The notes under the pieces are model-generated. The model made no database searches. It saw only the letters and a program-made list of their open reading frames with translations, and was not told where the DNA came from. Shown piece after piece: positions 1-8,900 of a stretch of DNA of 64,000 nt. Source of the DNA: a virus. Taxonomy: Duplodnaviria; Caudoviricetes. The stretch spans positions 96,001 through 160,000 of IMG/VR virus record IMGVR_UViG_3300037067_018912, one strand, 5' to 3'. Each line of letters begins with the position of its first letter. The stretch's first letter is position 1. The translations under genes and the position numbers were made by a program.

Positions 1-210
1 GGTTTCTTGGAATGCCCTGTCCGTATTAATCGCCAAGTTGTTGGTGACACCTGCATTTATATCGATGAGCATTGCTCCGACACTTGAATCGGTGAAATCA
101 TTCAACACTTCAGGATAGGTCTGCCGGATAAGGGTGATCAAATCCGTCCTGATTTCGCCGAATGTTCTGCTTCCGTATTGTATCACATTTGTCGTCATGT
201 TTGTTGCCAT
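1..210 (-). CDS. Baseplate wedge protein, T4 gp6/baseplate J-like, N-terminal part (runs off window)
   Basis: Manual translation from ATG at 210: MATNMTTNVIQYGSRTFGEIRTDLITLIRQTYPEVLNDFTDSSVGAMLIDINAGVTNNLAINTDRAFQET. This resembles the gp6-type N-terminus and follows a gp25-like gene. Confidence 0.75.
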   Translation of the reverse strand, partial: MATNMTTNVIQYGSRTFGEIRTDLITLIRQTYPEVLNDFTDSSVGAMLIDINAGVTNNLAINTDRAFQET

Positions 211-220
211 GTTCTATGTC

Positions 221-619
221 TTAAAAATTTAATTCTAATTCACCTGTTTCAGAAAACGTATCTTCGGTGTATGTAAATTTAATGTAAACGTTCAATTGAC
301 TTTCAGACATTGGGAGACCTTGGTCATCGACGTTCTTGTTGAATGTGATCCGGTCTATTTTCAACGCCGGAATGTAGGATGATACCGTCCTTTTTATCTC
401 CTGTTCAATATCTGATTGTACGAGATTATCATTCGGTTCGAAGATGAATCTCAATAAGTCCGTTCCATAATCGGGTTCGTAATATCTTTCGCCTTTCTGT
501 GTTAATAATAACAAGAGCAAATCCGAAGTCAACGCATCTTTGGTCGTCTTGGTAAGTGCGAAATACGTGTTCGTTGTGACATCGTCGTTCAACGGGAATT
601 TGATATTATACGATACCAT
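221..619 (-). CDS. Baseplate wedge subunit, gp25/GPW-like
   Basis: LLLLTQKGERYYEPDYGTDLLRFIFEP matches the gp25-family motif L.T.KGER...P.FG..L...FEP; 132 aa. Confidence 0.85.
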   Translation of the reverse strand: MVSYNIKFPLNDDVTTNTYFALTKTTKDALTSDLLLLLLTQKGERYYEPDYGTDLLRFIFEPNDNLVQSDIEQEIKRTVSSYIPALKIDRITFNKNVDDQGLPMSESQLNVYIKFTYTEDTFSETGELELNF

Positions 620-635
620 TATGAAAGAATTTATT

Positions 636-643
636 ATAAATAC
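636..643 (-). promoter_or_regulatory. Conserved upstream motif GTATTTAT (sense), putative phage late promoter; first of 14 copies
   Basis: ATAAATAC on + at 636, 4651, 5952, 11128, 11862, 13054, 14689, 35169, 35502, 44264, 48675, 49732, 59641 (ATAAATAG at 52852). Each lies just upstream of a minus-strand start codon. Confidence 0.7.
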
Positions 644-651
644 TCATGAAC

Positions 652-683
652 AAAAAAATCCCGACGGATAACCGCCGGGATTT
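652..683 (-). terminator. Rho-independent terminator
   Basis: Sense AAAUCCCGGCGG-UUAU-CCGUCGGGAUUUUUUU, downstream of 706..1185. Confidence 0.8.
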
Positions 684-705
684 ATAAATGCAACGAATGT
701 GATGT

Positions 706-1185
706 TTATTTATTAAACTTCTTACCACGTTTACCTTTACGTGCAGCCTTTTCCTCATCTTCTTTCTGTTTTTGCTTGTCGAAAAGACTTTTTATCGACT
801 CATGCAGCACAATAATCGGATCGTGACCGTATTTCTCTAAAACACCCCTGTAGGTGCTGAAATTGGGTTTTTCCAATGTGACAGCGTCGGTTTCAGAAAC
901 AGAAACGCCTGCCAAACATTCAATGATCGCCATTTCTTTCTGATCATCAGGCATTTGGTCAAGAATTTCCTCGTTGAAAACAACCGCAAAATTAACCCCC
1001 GGTGAATCCGAAATAATGCTTGTCAATGTCTCGACAAGATCGTTCAATTTTACGATTTTATAAAGCATTTTCTGCTTGTTACTGCAGAGAATTTCAAATT
1101 CCAACCAATGTGGAATTGCAGTCTTTGCCTTAATGCCGTTAAACAGAGTAACAACATCTTCGGACGCTCTTTCAAACTTTGCCAT
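706..1185 (-). CDS. Putative phage metallopeptidase-like protein, degenerate active site
   Basis: FAVVFNEEILDQMPDDQKEMAIIECLAGV...LEKPNFSTYRGVLEKYG resembles that family's layout but lacks the HExxH histidines. Confidence 0.45.
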   Translation of the reverse strand: MAKFERASEDVVTLFNGIKAKTAIPHWLEFEILCSNKQKMLYKIVKLNDLVETLTSIISDSPGVNFAVVFNEEILDQMPDDQKEMAIIECLAGVSVSETDAVTLEKPNFSTYRGVLEKYGHDPIIVLHESIKSLFDKQKQKEDEEKAARKGKRGKKFNK

Positions 1186-1196
1186 AAATAATTGAT

Positions 1197-1634
1197 TTAG
1201 TTAATGATAAAATTACTGTATTTCAGTTTAATATCTTCAATTTTCTGATACAAATCGCCGAACACAGGGTCTTCACCCTCGAATTCTGTCGCAAATTTGT
1301 CTTCAAGTTCCTTGACGTGAGAGAACATGTCGTCAATGCTCATCTTCACCATGTCTTCAATTTCGATAAGGGTGACCAACAATTTATTGATTTCATCCTT
1401 TTTTGTCACAACTGTCATTTCGTTCACGTAATTATTGTTCGCTGCCAACACCTCTTCTTCTGTAACAACGGGAGGTGTTTTTAATTTTTCCAACATTTCT
1501 TTCTCTTCATCGGAGAGGAACAATCCTTTGGCATTATCCGCATTCTTTTCGATCTCATTGATCTTCTTAGCCGCTTCCGAATTAAATTCGCCGTTATCGA
1601 CCGCTTTTTTCAATTCATCTAAAAAATTTCCCAT
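1197..1634 (-). CDS. Hypothetical acidic helical protein
   Basis: 145-aa ORF packed in a minus-strand operon. Confidence 0.7.
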   Translation of the reverse strand: MGNFLDELKKAVDNGEFNSEAAKKINEIEKNADNAKGLFLSDEEKEMLEKLKTPPVVTEEEVLAANNNYVNEMTVVTKKDEINKLLVTLIEIEDMVKMSIDDMFSHVKELEDKFATEFEGEDPVFGDLYQKIEDIKLKYSNFIIN

Positions 1635-1646
1635 ATAAAATAAGTT

Positions 1647-2561
1647 TTATCTTCCAAAATTTACCGTTTCCATTTCAATTCCCTTGAACTTCCAAACTTC
1701 GTGGGTGTCATTGTATTTAATCCTTTTCATGAAACCGATTATGTTGAAACCGATCATCTCACCATAATCGTTATTAATAAAAACATCCTTCATATTGCAA
1801 ACCTCTTTGAAAACGTTCGAATCGTCTGCAATATCTATAGTTCCGAATTTCAACGGAATAAAGAATTCCAACAACCTGTATTCCATTCCAATCTTCTTTA
1901 TGTGTAGGAATTCAGTGAGTTGTTCAATCTTGTTCACAACGTCTTCTTCACGGAACACTTTTAACGGGAACACAAATTGCTTCGACTTCTTAAACACGTC
2001 CAACACTTCATATTCAAAATCAACACCTTCTTTTTCTGTCTTTTCAACCACGTCCATTATGTTCGACAAACCCGTTTCAATTGGTTTATTATTGAAAATG
2101 TAAAGAAGTTCGTAATTATCGTCTTTGGTGCGTCTTTCTTCGTATTCCAATTCCAGTACTTCGCCCAACGTCTTACCTTTGTGCCTGTGTTTCCCATCAA
2201 AAAAGCCGTAATGCTCGTACCGTCTTCCATATTGATCCTTTTGACCATAATTCATGTGATATTTGTCGGCAGCCACCGCCACTTTATGGGGTGTCGCCTT
2301 GCGGACGAATTTATCGGCCTTCTTGAGAAGTTCGTAATAATCCTGCACGTATTTCTCATCACGCTGCCCTGCGTAGAATTTTTCAAGCAGGGGGTTGTGA
2401 TGTAATTTACGTTGGACGTACTTATCCTTCTCATCAAGATCATCGGGGTTAGCCTTGAGAATCTCCTCCTCAGTATTGTAGAGGGCGATGCTTATATTAA
2501 TCATGACACTGTGGAACTTAATATACAACCACAGTACTACTCTTTCAAAAAATCTCCTCAT
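1647..2561 (-). CDS. Hypothetical protein
   Basis: 304-aa ORF; start overlaps the stop of the upstream gene. Confidence 0.7.
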   Translation of the reverse strand: MRRFFERVVLWLYIKFHSVMINISIALYNTEEEILKANPDDLDEKDKYVQRKLHHNPLLEKFYAGQRDEKYVQDYYELLKKADKFVRKATPHKVAVAADKYHMNYGQKDQYGRRYEHYGFFDGKHRHKGKTLGEVLELEYEERRTKDDNYELLYIFNNKPIETGLSNIMDVVEKTEKEGVDFEYEVLDVFKKSKQFVFPLKVFREEDVVNKIEQLTEFLHIKKIGMEYRLLEFFIPLKFGTIDIADDSNVFKEVCNMKDVFINNDYGEMIGFNIIGFMKRIKYNDTHEVWKFKGIEMETVNFGR

Positions 2562-3214
2562 TACCCGGCGACAGTTTTTTCCAATTCGGTCTTACGCTTT
2601 TCAAGGGTTTTCACCTCGGTGGTCAATAGATTTAACTCACGCTGTCTTTGTTCAATTTTTAATTGCAAGTCATCGGCCTTGAAAGCATATGTTTTATTGT
2701 ATTTCTCGATCAATTGTTTGAATTCCGTGAAAAGTTCGTTGATATATCTTTCCTCCCAATCTTTTCGAGTTTTCTCTTCACTGAGAATGAACGTCTTATT
2801 GAGACGAACACTGTTGGCGAGGGAATCGATTAAACCATTCATCCCCTTTTCTTCTAAATCGGGAAATGATTTTTCCACGATCTTCCGGATTTTATTGAAC
2901 TTTTTTTGTGTTTTCTTCTTCTTTTTTTCTAAATCCTTGACGAAGGTAGATTTTTTCACCGGGGTCGACTTGACGGGGTTCTTCACTGTTGAACCATTCG
3001 CAAGCCTGATAAGATTCTTATCCTTTTCAGGAATTTTCGATTTGTTCTCCGATTGTGATTCGTTCAACTTCCTTTGAAGTTTGATGTACTTCATTTCAGA
3101 TTTTGAATATAATTTATCCAACTTCCTTTGAAGTTTATCTAATTTCTTTTTAGGTTTAGCCTGTTTTTTCAGAAGTTTCTTCTCCTGTTTCTTCACTTTC
3201 TTACTTTTTTTCAT
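2561..3214 (-). CDS. Lys-rich coiled-coil hypothetical protein
   Basis: 217-aa ORF with a very basic N-terminus and a heptad-like C-terminus. Confidence 0.65.
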   Translation of the reverse strand: MKKSKKVKKQEKKLLKKQAKPKKKLDKLQRKLDKLYSKSEMKYIKLQRKLNESQSENKSKIPEKDKNLIRLANGSTVKNPVKSTPVKKSTFVKDLEKKKKKTQKKFNKIRKIVEKSFPDLEEKGMNGLIDSLANSVRLNKTFILSEEKTRKDWEERYINELFTEFKQLIEKYNKTYAFKADDLQLKIEQRQRELNLLTTEVKTLEKRKTELEKTVAG

Positions 3215-3225
3215 GGTATTTGGTT

Positions 3226-4608
3226 TTAAACTACTGCCAATGTCTTTGCAACTGCCGCCCTATAAAAATCAGCACGTTTTTTTGTCACATCAGCAAGATT
3301 ATATTGATCTTTGAAGTCCTCGTACAATTGCTCGCCGAGTTGTTTTCTCAAATCGGGATTGAGGATCAACCTTTTGAGATATTTCGTCCAATATTTATGT
3401 GCATTTTTCACTGCAGGAATTAACACACAGTTCTCCATGTGCCGCCCATGTACGTTATAAGGCGGAATATCTGAACATACGATCGGAAGTTTTCTCGACC
3501 AACATTCAACCTGTTTCAAATTTGATTTCATCCTGTTGAAAGAATTATCGGCCAACGGGGCAATCACGATATCGGTTTCATCGAGAACTTTCGCATAAGT
3601 ATTCGCTTTCTGCGTCCACCTGCGGGCAAAATTACCCTCCTCCGGGTATTCGACATTTCTTTCGAAATTATGAAGCCATTGAATGTAATCAGGATTGCTT
3701 ATCATCCTATGATTATCGGTTAATATCTTCTCGTATATGTAATATACGCTTTCCGTCGATTTGATGTCCCTCTGTTGGCTGTTGAATATCTTACCACGGT
3801 ACTTTTCCTTCAAATCAAGCGGCAGATCAGGTATCTTGTCCACATCGCCCCTCGATTTATTAATATCCTTAACCATTTTGTGCACCCATAACCCTCTTTT
3901 TTGCAATTCAGTACCGAATTCTTGGTTAAAGGTGATGTCGGTGGTATTGCCCTCAGTATCCCATCCGGCGATTACAACCTTAAATTTATTCTTTAAATTA
4001 GTGTCGTTTGAAAGAACGTTCATTACACCTTGAAGTTGTTCAACGTCCGCCATATGGGACGACCCGGCCATATATGTTATCCTGACACGACCGTCGGGAT
4101 CGGGTCTCCAATTATTTTGAAACTGTTTCATCCAAACAGGGTCAACGGAATTATAGAATACCCCAACATTGTCCCTTCCAGTTACCTTGCGGATTTCCTC
4201 GGCGAATAAATCGGTGGTTGTAGTAACATAATCCGCTATTTTAAGGTTCTCAAGGATTGGGATGTATAACTTCTTTTCGAGACTCATCGTGTAAAACGGA
4301 TGTTTTTGATGCAAATTCCAATAGTCGTCTATATCAACTATCAGTATTGTCCCCGATTTTTTCAATTCGTTTGCAAGATTCAACATCTGCTTTGAATCTC
4401 CAAGAAACTGACGGTGGTAGTGTATAATATGAAACGTTTTTAAATAATCCACAAAAGCGGGGTCGTTGAAATTGATTTGGGGGTTGATTTCAACGTAAAA
4501 TTCATCCGAATGATTCCTTTCAATCTCTATTGCCGGAGTCAGAGTCCTGAAATAGTTAACTCCCGCACCGTCAAGGTTATAGAACAAAATTCTTATCTTT
4601 CCATCCAT
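3226..4608 (-). CDS. Glycosyltransferase, GT-B fold (GT4-like)
   Basis: GAGVNYFR, VDIDDYW, ADYVTTTT, DIVIAPLADNSFNRMKSNLKQVE, PIVCSDIPPY: motifs typical of phage GT-B enzymes. Confidence 0.8.
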   Translation of the reverse strand: MDGKIRILFYNLDGAGVNYFRTLTPAIEIERNHSDEFYVEINPQINFNDPAFVDYLKTFHIIHYHRQFLGDSKQMLNLANELKKSGTILIVDIDDYWNLHQKHPFYTMSLEKKLYIPILENLKIADYVTTTTDLFAEEIRKVTGRDNVGVFYNSVDPVWMKQFQNNWRPDPDGRVRITYMAGSSHMADVEQLQGVMNVLSNDTNLKNKFKVVIAGWDTEGNTTDITFNQEFGTELQKRGLWVHKMVKDINKSRGDVDKIPDLPLDLKEKYRGKIFNSQQRDIKSTESVYYIYEKILTDNHRMISNPDYIQWLHNFERNVEYPEEGNFARRWTQKANTYAKVLDETDIVIAPLADNSFNRMKSNLKQVECWSRKLPIVCSDIPPYNVHGRHMENCVLIPAVKNAHKYWTKYLKRLILNPDLRKQLGEQLYEDFKDQYNLADVTKKRADFYRAAVAKTLAVV

Positions 4609-4697
4609 ATCCGATAACTTATAAAATATTATAATTTTTAGTAATTAATTATAAATACTAAAAATAAGTGAAAAGGATCAAAGATGAAAGGGTTTTT

Positions 4698-4724
4698 AAA
4701 AAAAATGCCGACTTTTGGTCGGCA
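4698..4724 (-). terminator. Rho-independent terminator
   Basis: Sense UGCCGAC-CAAAA-GUCGGCA followed by a U-run, downstream of 4748..5098. Confidence 0.7.
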
Positions 4725-4747
4725 CAATGTTTTGATGTGAAAATGTG

Positions 4748-5098
4748 TTACTCGTCCCTGTGGACTTGAACCTTCTTTTTGGCGATCTTTTTAGTTTCCA
4801 TCTCGTCTTTTGTTTCCTCAACGGATTTGACTGGTATGGAGACAGGTTTTGCCACCTTTTTTATCTCGGCGTTCAACTCTGCAGATGTCACCTCAATAAC
4901 AGTAACAAGTCCCTTGACTCTCAACCTGTGTATCGAAAGTGGTAAGGTTTGAACGGTAAGATAGATCGAACCACCGGGTTTTACCTTGACGGTCTTCTTC
5001 ATCATTCCGTCAACATAACTGACGTCTAAAGGAGAATTGTATTTGAAGTCACGTTTCCCGACTGAGTTTGTTATATTTGTTATTCTGTATGTAACCAT
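4748..5098 (-). CDS. Hypothetical protein
   Basis: 116-aa ORF, operonic, followed by a terminator. Confidence 0.65.
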   Translation of the reverse strand: MVTYRITNITNSVGKRDFKYNSPLDVSYVDGMMKKTVKVKPGGSIYLTVQTLPLSIHRLRVKGLVTVIEVTSAELNAEIKKVAKPVSIPVKSVEETKDEMETKKIAKKKVQVHRDE

Positions 5099-5106
5099 GA
5101 TTTTAA

Positions 5107-5937
5107 TTATTTAAGTCCTTGTATTAATTTATCGCCATATTTGACTCCATCATAACCCAATTGTTTCGCTTTTTCGGCGATTGCCTTGCTTTTAAGGTTC
5201 TTCGGATCAGCATCGTATTGGCCGCTTATTTTTTCAAAATTTATATGTGGAAACCACATCTTTGCCACAATATCGACAGGGTCTTGACTGTCCTTGTAAG
5301 CCACCCCTAATTCATTCGTGTCAAGTAAGTTGTCAAAATCAATTTGATATTTACTGAAACCATCAATCGGATTCAAAACAAAGAAATTGCCAACCACAGA
5401 ATTCTCTTTTATTGGGTCTTTCCTGTAAGCAATTATGGTTTTCTGATTCGTTTCAGGTTTTTCTTGCCGGATCGCCTCATTATCCTCTTCCAATGAAGCA
5501 AGGAACTCACTTTGACTTACGCCCGCATCCATTTGGTTCTCATCGTTGATTACCTCATTGTTGGTGGTTTCCTCCATAGCATGCGCCATCTCATATTCAT
5601 AAATGTCTTGAATTTTGTTCAAGACCCTGGCAGCATCCTTTTCGTTTAGATTGATACTGATGGCTTTTAGAGGCTTTTCATCAAGCATCGCACGGACCAT
5701 TCTATGGTGACCATCGAGAATTTTGTTTTGCTCCGCCATCCAAATCGGATTTGAATCATCAAGATTCACCTTTTCTACTTCGTCGGAAAAAGTGACACCC
5801 TGAGACGGTTGCAATTCATTGGGATCAACCTCGACAAAATCATAACCCACACCCTCCTCATCAAGTTTCTCAAGCACATAGTCATATGGTGCATTCATTT
5901 GAGGAAGAAACCGTGGTTTGTATCGCATGTCAATCAT
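5107..5937 (-). CDS. ParB/Srx-like N-terminal domain protein
   Basis: LQPSQ...PIWM...ILDGHHR motif. Start moved to ATG 5937 because the GTATTTAT motif occupies 5952-5959. Confidence 0.65.
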   Translation of the reverse strand: MIDMRYKPRFLPQMNAPYDYVLEKLDEEGVGYDFVEVDPNELQPSQGVTFSDEVEKVNLDDSNPIWMAEQNKILDGHHRMVRAMLDEKPLKAISINLNEKDAARVLNKIQDIYEYEMAHAMEETTNNEVINDENQMDAGVSQSEFLASLEEDNEAIRQEKPETNQKTIIAYRKDPIKENSVVGNFFVLNPIDGFSKYQIDFDNLLDTNELGVAYKDSQDPVDIVAKMWFPHINFEKISGQYDADPKNLKSKAIAEKAKQLGYDGVKYGDKLIQGLK

Positions 5938-5961
5938 TTTGATATTTTCATATAAATACAA

Positions 5962-8900
5962 TCAAATTAATTTTTGAATTTCCTCCTTAATGGTATTCAA
6001 AAGTTTGGATTCCGTCAACGCCAAATTACCCTTATCAGCAAAATAAATATTGAATCTCACATTTTCGGGAATCTGATTTTTGATAGCATTATACGCCTCT
6101 AATTCAACATCCCGGTCTTCATAGACATTGATTTCTTGGATATCTGGAAATTCTTTCAAATAATTCAAGACTTTCTGCCCCTTGTCGAGATCGTCGTCCC
6201 CATTTTTCATATCAAGCCTATCAACATGAACACCACCCCTTTTCAATATCTCTTCAACTTGAGGGCGCAACTTCTCGATCCTCGACGTTAGAATGAGGAC
6301 ATATGTACCCGGTGTCGACTTCTCCTTTTGATATTGGTTGTAGATACCGGGAAATGGTTTGATATCAAAAATATCCAAATCCAAACTTTCAGGTTTACTC
6401 CACCATCCGATATGAGGGTATTTCTCACCCGTTTTTTCAGTCCATTCTTGCTTCCCGACCTCTGGATGTGGTGAATTCATCAACGTACCATCGAAATCAA
6501 ATATTGCAAGCCTTTTCACCCCCCTTGGTGTGTTCTGTGGGGTTTCAATCAGTTGGTTCTCAACTTCCTCAATCTTCCCCGTTACTTTAAATCGAAATCC
6601 AAGTGGTTTCCAATCCGTCAATTCTTTGGACATGGCTGGTTTTCCACCCGCTTCTTTATTGATCGCCAATGTTATATGAGGTTTTGTACTTTCGCTCGGA
6701 TACCCGGTAACACCAACAGCCATCACCAAATCATTCAATGCATAATCGACAATATTGAGTGTGATTGTTTTACTCCCTTTCATATCCAAATATTCTTTCG
6801 AATTGGGATCAAGTTCATCGAGCCTTATTGTCATGTGATGTGCAACAACCTCCCATCCTTCGGGGATCATGGCCTTGAAAACTTTCAATAACTGTTTTCT
6901 CGATTCCTTGTCAAGTATCACCCCGGTGTATGAAACCCTTTTCATTGGAGGTCTCTCTTCAACACCTTCATTCAGGACCTCCCTATCAGTCAACATCCAA
7001 CGTAATTCGTTCTTTAATCTTTCATCATTTACCAAATCGGGGAACTCGTCTTCCAAAAATCTCAACACAGATTCTTTTGACGGATCGTGAAACCTACCCC
7101 CGGCGTTCCATTGGTCGTATTTGTCGATGAATTGATCAAGATTCAACGATTTCACCCCTTCTTGAATATCGGCGATGTCTCTCTTAACATCAACACCTTT
7201 GTTCTGCTGTGCGAATTTCATCAATTCCTGCTTGTCGTTTCTTAATTTATCGGCATATATTTTCAAAAGTATGCTTTTAAGCATATCGCCAATCTCGCTG
7301 CCTTTAAATCCCAATGTCATTAAATCATTTCCGTTCACAGTCAATTCGCCAAGAGTCTTCGGGTATTTTCCCTGCACCAACTCTCGTGCTGCATTCTCGA
7401 TATTTTCGGGCAATATCGTACTTTGAAAAGTCTGTGGGGACAAGACGTACACATTATGAGCAATCGCTCTCGCCTTGACAGGATTGGATTCCTGCGAACC
7501 ATTGTAGGCGGTGTCAAGTGCCTTAATCTCCTTGTATGTGTTGATGTCGCCTCTCAGATTATTTTTGTAATATCCTGCAGGGTTCGGATTGAGGTGGATT
7601 AATAGAAATATAAACTCACCCATCGTCTTCACATCCTCGAAAGGACTCCTATCAATTGTTGATTGTTTAATGTCAAACCCAAAAATATTTTGGAAGAGTC
7701 CTGTATTTTTCAATAATTGCGCACCCATACGCTTATTGCCTTTTTTGACAATCTTATCGAATTCAATAAGAACCCTTTCAGCCGGAATTTCTTTTATTCT
7801 ACCTGCATTGGTTTGGATCATTTTCATCGTTTCTGGCTCAATTGTGAACCCAAAACGTGCTGCAAATTGAACCGCACGAAGCATTCTCAACGGATCATCA
7901 CTGAACGCCTTGGGATTGACGATGCGGATTATCTTGTTTTTTAAATCCTCCCGTCCGCCATAAGGATCGACTATATTACCCTCACTGTCTTTTGCAATAG
8001 AGTTGATAGTGAAATCCCTTCGTTCCAAATCCTTTTCGATTGGCAAGGCATGATCCGAAGTCACGCTGAATCCATGATAGCCGCCTTCTCCCGTCGGTGT
8101 TTCAGTTCTTGGTATAGCGACATCGACCTCCTCGCCACCTCTCGGTTTGAATTTCAATATACCGAAAGATTTTCCAACGGCGTTAACCACACCGTACTTT
8201 GAAAGGATTTTTTCAAGTTCATCGAAGGGAATTCCCGTAACAAGAATATCCAAATCCTTACTTTCTTTGCCAAGGAATTCATCCCGGACAGCACCACCGA
8301 CAGAATATATCTTTCCACCCACCGCTTCAACGTCATTTTTGAACGGCAGGTCAGTCAATGACGTCGACACCGCCTCGTTCAACGATTTTGGCAATCTGTA
8401 CATTGATTCAGATGTTTGATAATCAGCGTGAGTTCCCTTGTTGGGAACAAATCCATACGATTTATACCATTTCTTCAATCTCTCTTTGCTTGCACCCCAA
8501 ACATTATCCGGTGTTAATGTTAATATTTTATTGTTTTTGTCGGCGAAATCAATCAAGAGTCTCATCGCTTTATCGGCGAATCCACGTCCCCTAAATTCCC
8601 TGTGGATGATGATTTTATTTAAAGTAAGGTATTGGTTCTTCCTATCGGTGAGTTCCATCTCACCCACAATTTCACCGTCGTTAATAATATTATGTACGTT
8701 CCATCCACCCCCGGTGCTACTTGCAGGCAAATTTACGGTTAGTTCCTCTTGTACCCCACCATTTTCATTCACGGCATACGCTAATTGAGGTAATTCAATC
8801 ACTCCATACCGTCTGTTGAGATATTTTAGAATAGATTCGTCCGTATAATCCAATAATTTCCCGATCTCATACCCTTCTTCCGGTGTCATGTCTGCCGTAT

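Noticed and set aside
5938-5964. UGA readthrough fusing the polyprotein to the in-frame ParB-like ORF
   Set aside because: Only eight open codons separate them, which is easily chance. The interval contains the downstream gene's own promoter motif, and similar in-frame abutment occurs at TAA stops (13854, 18405).
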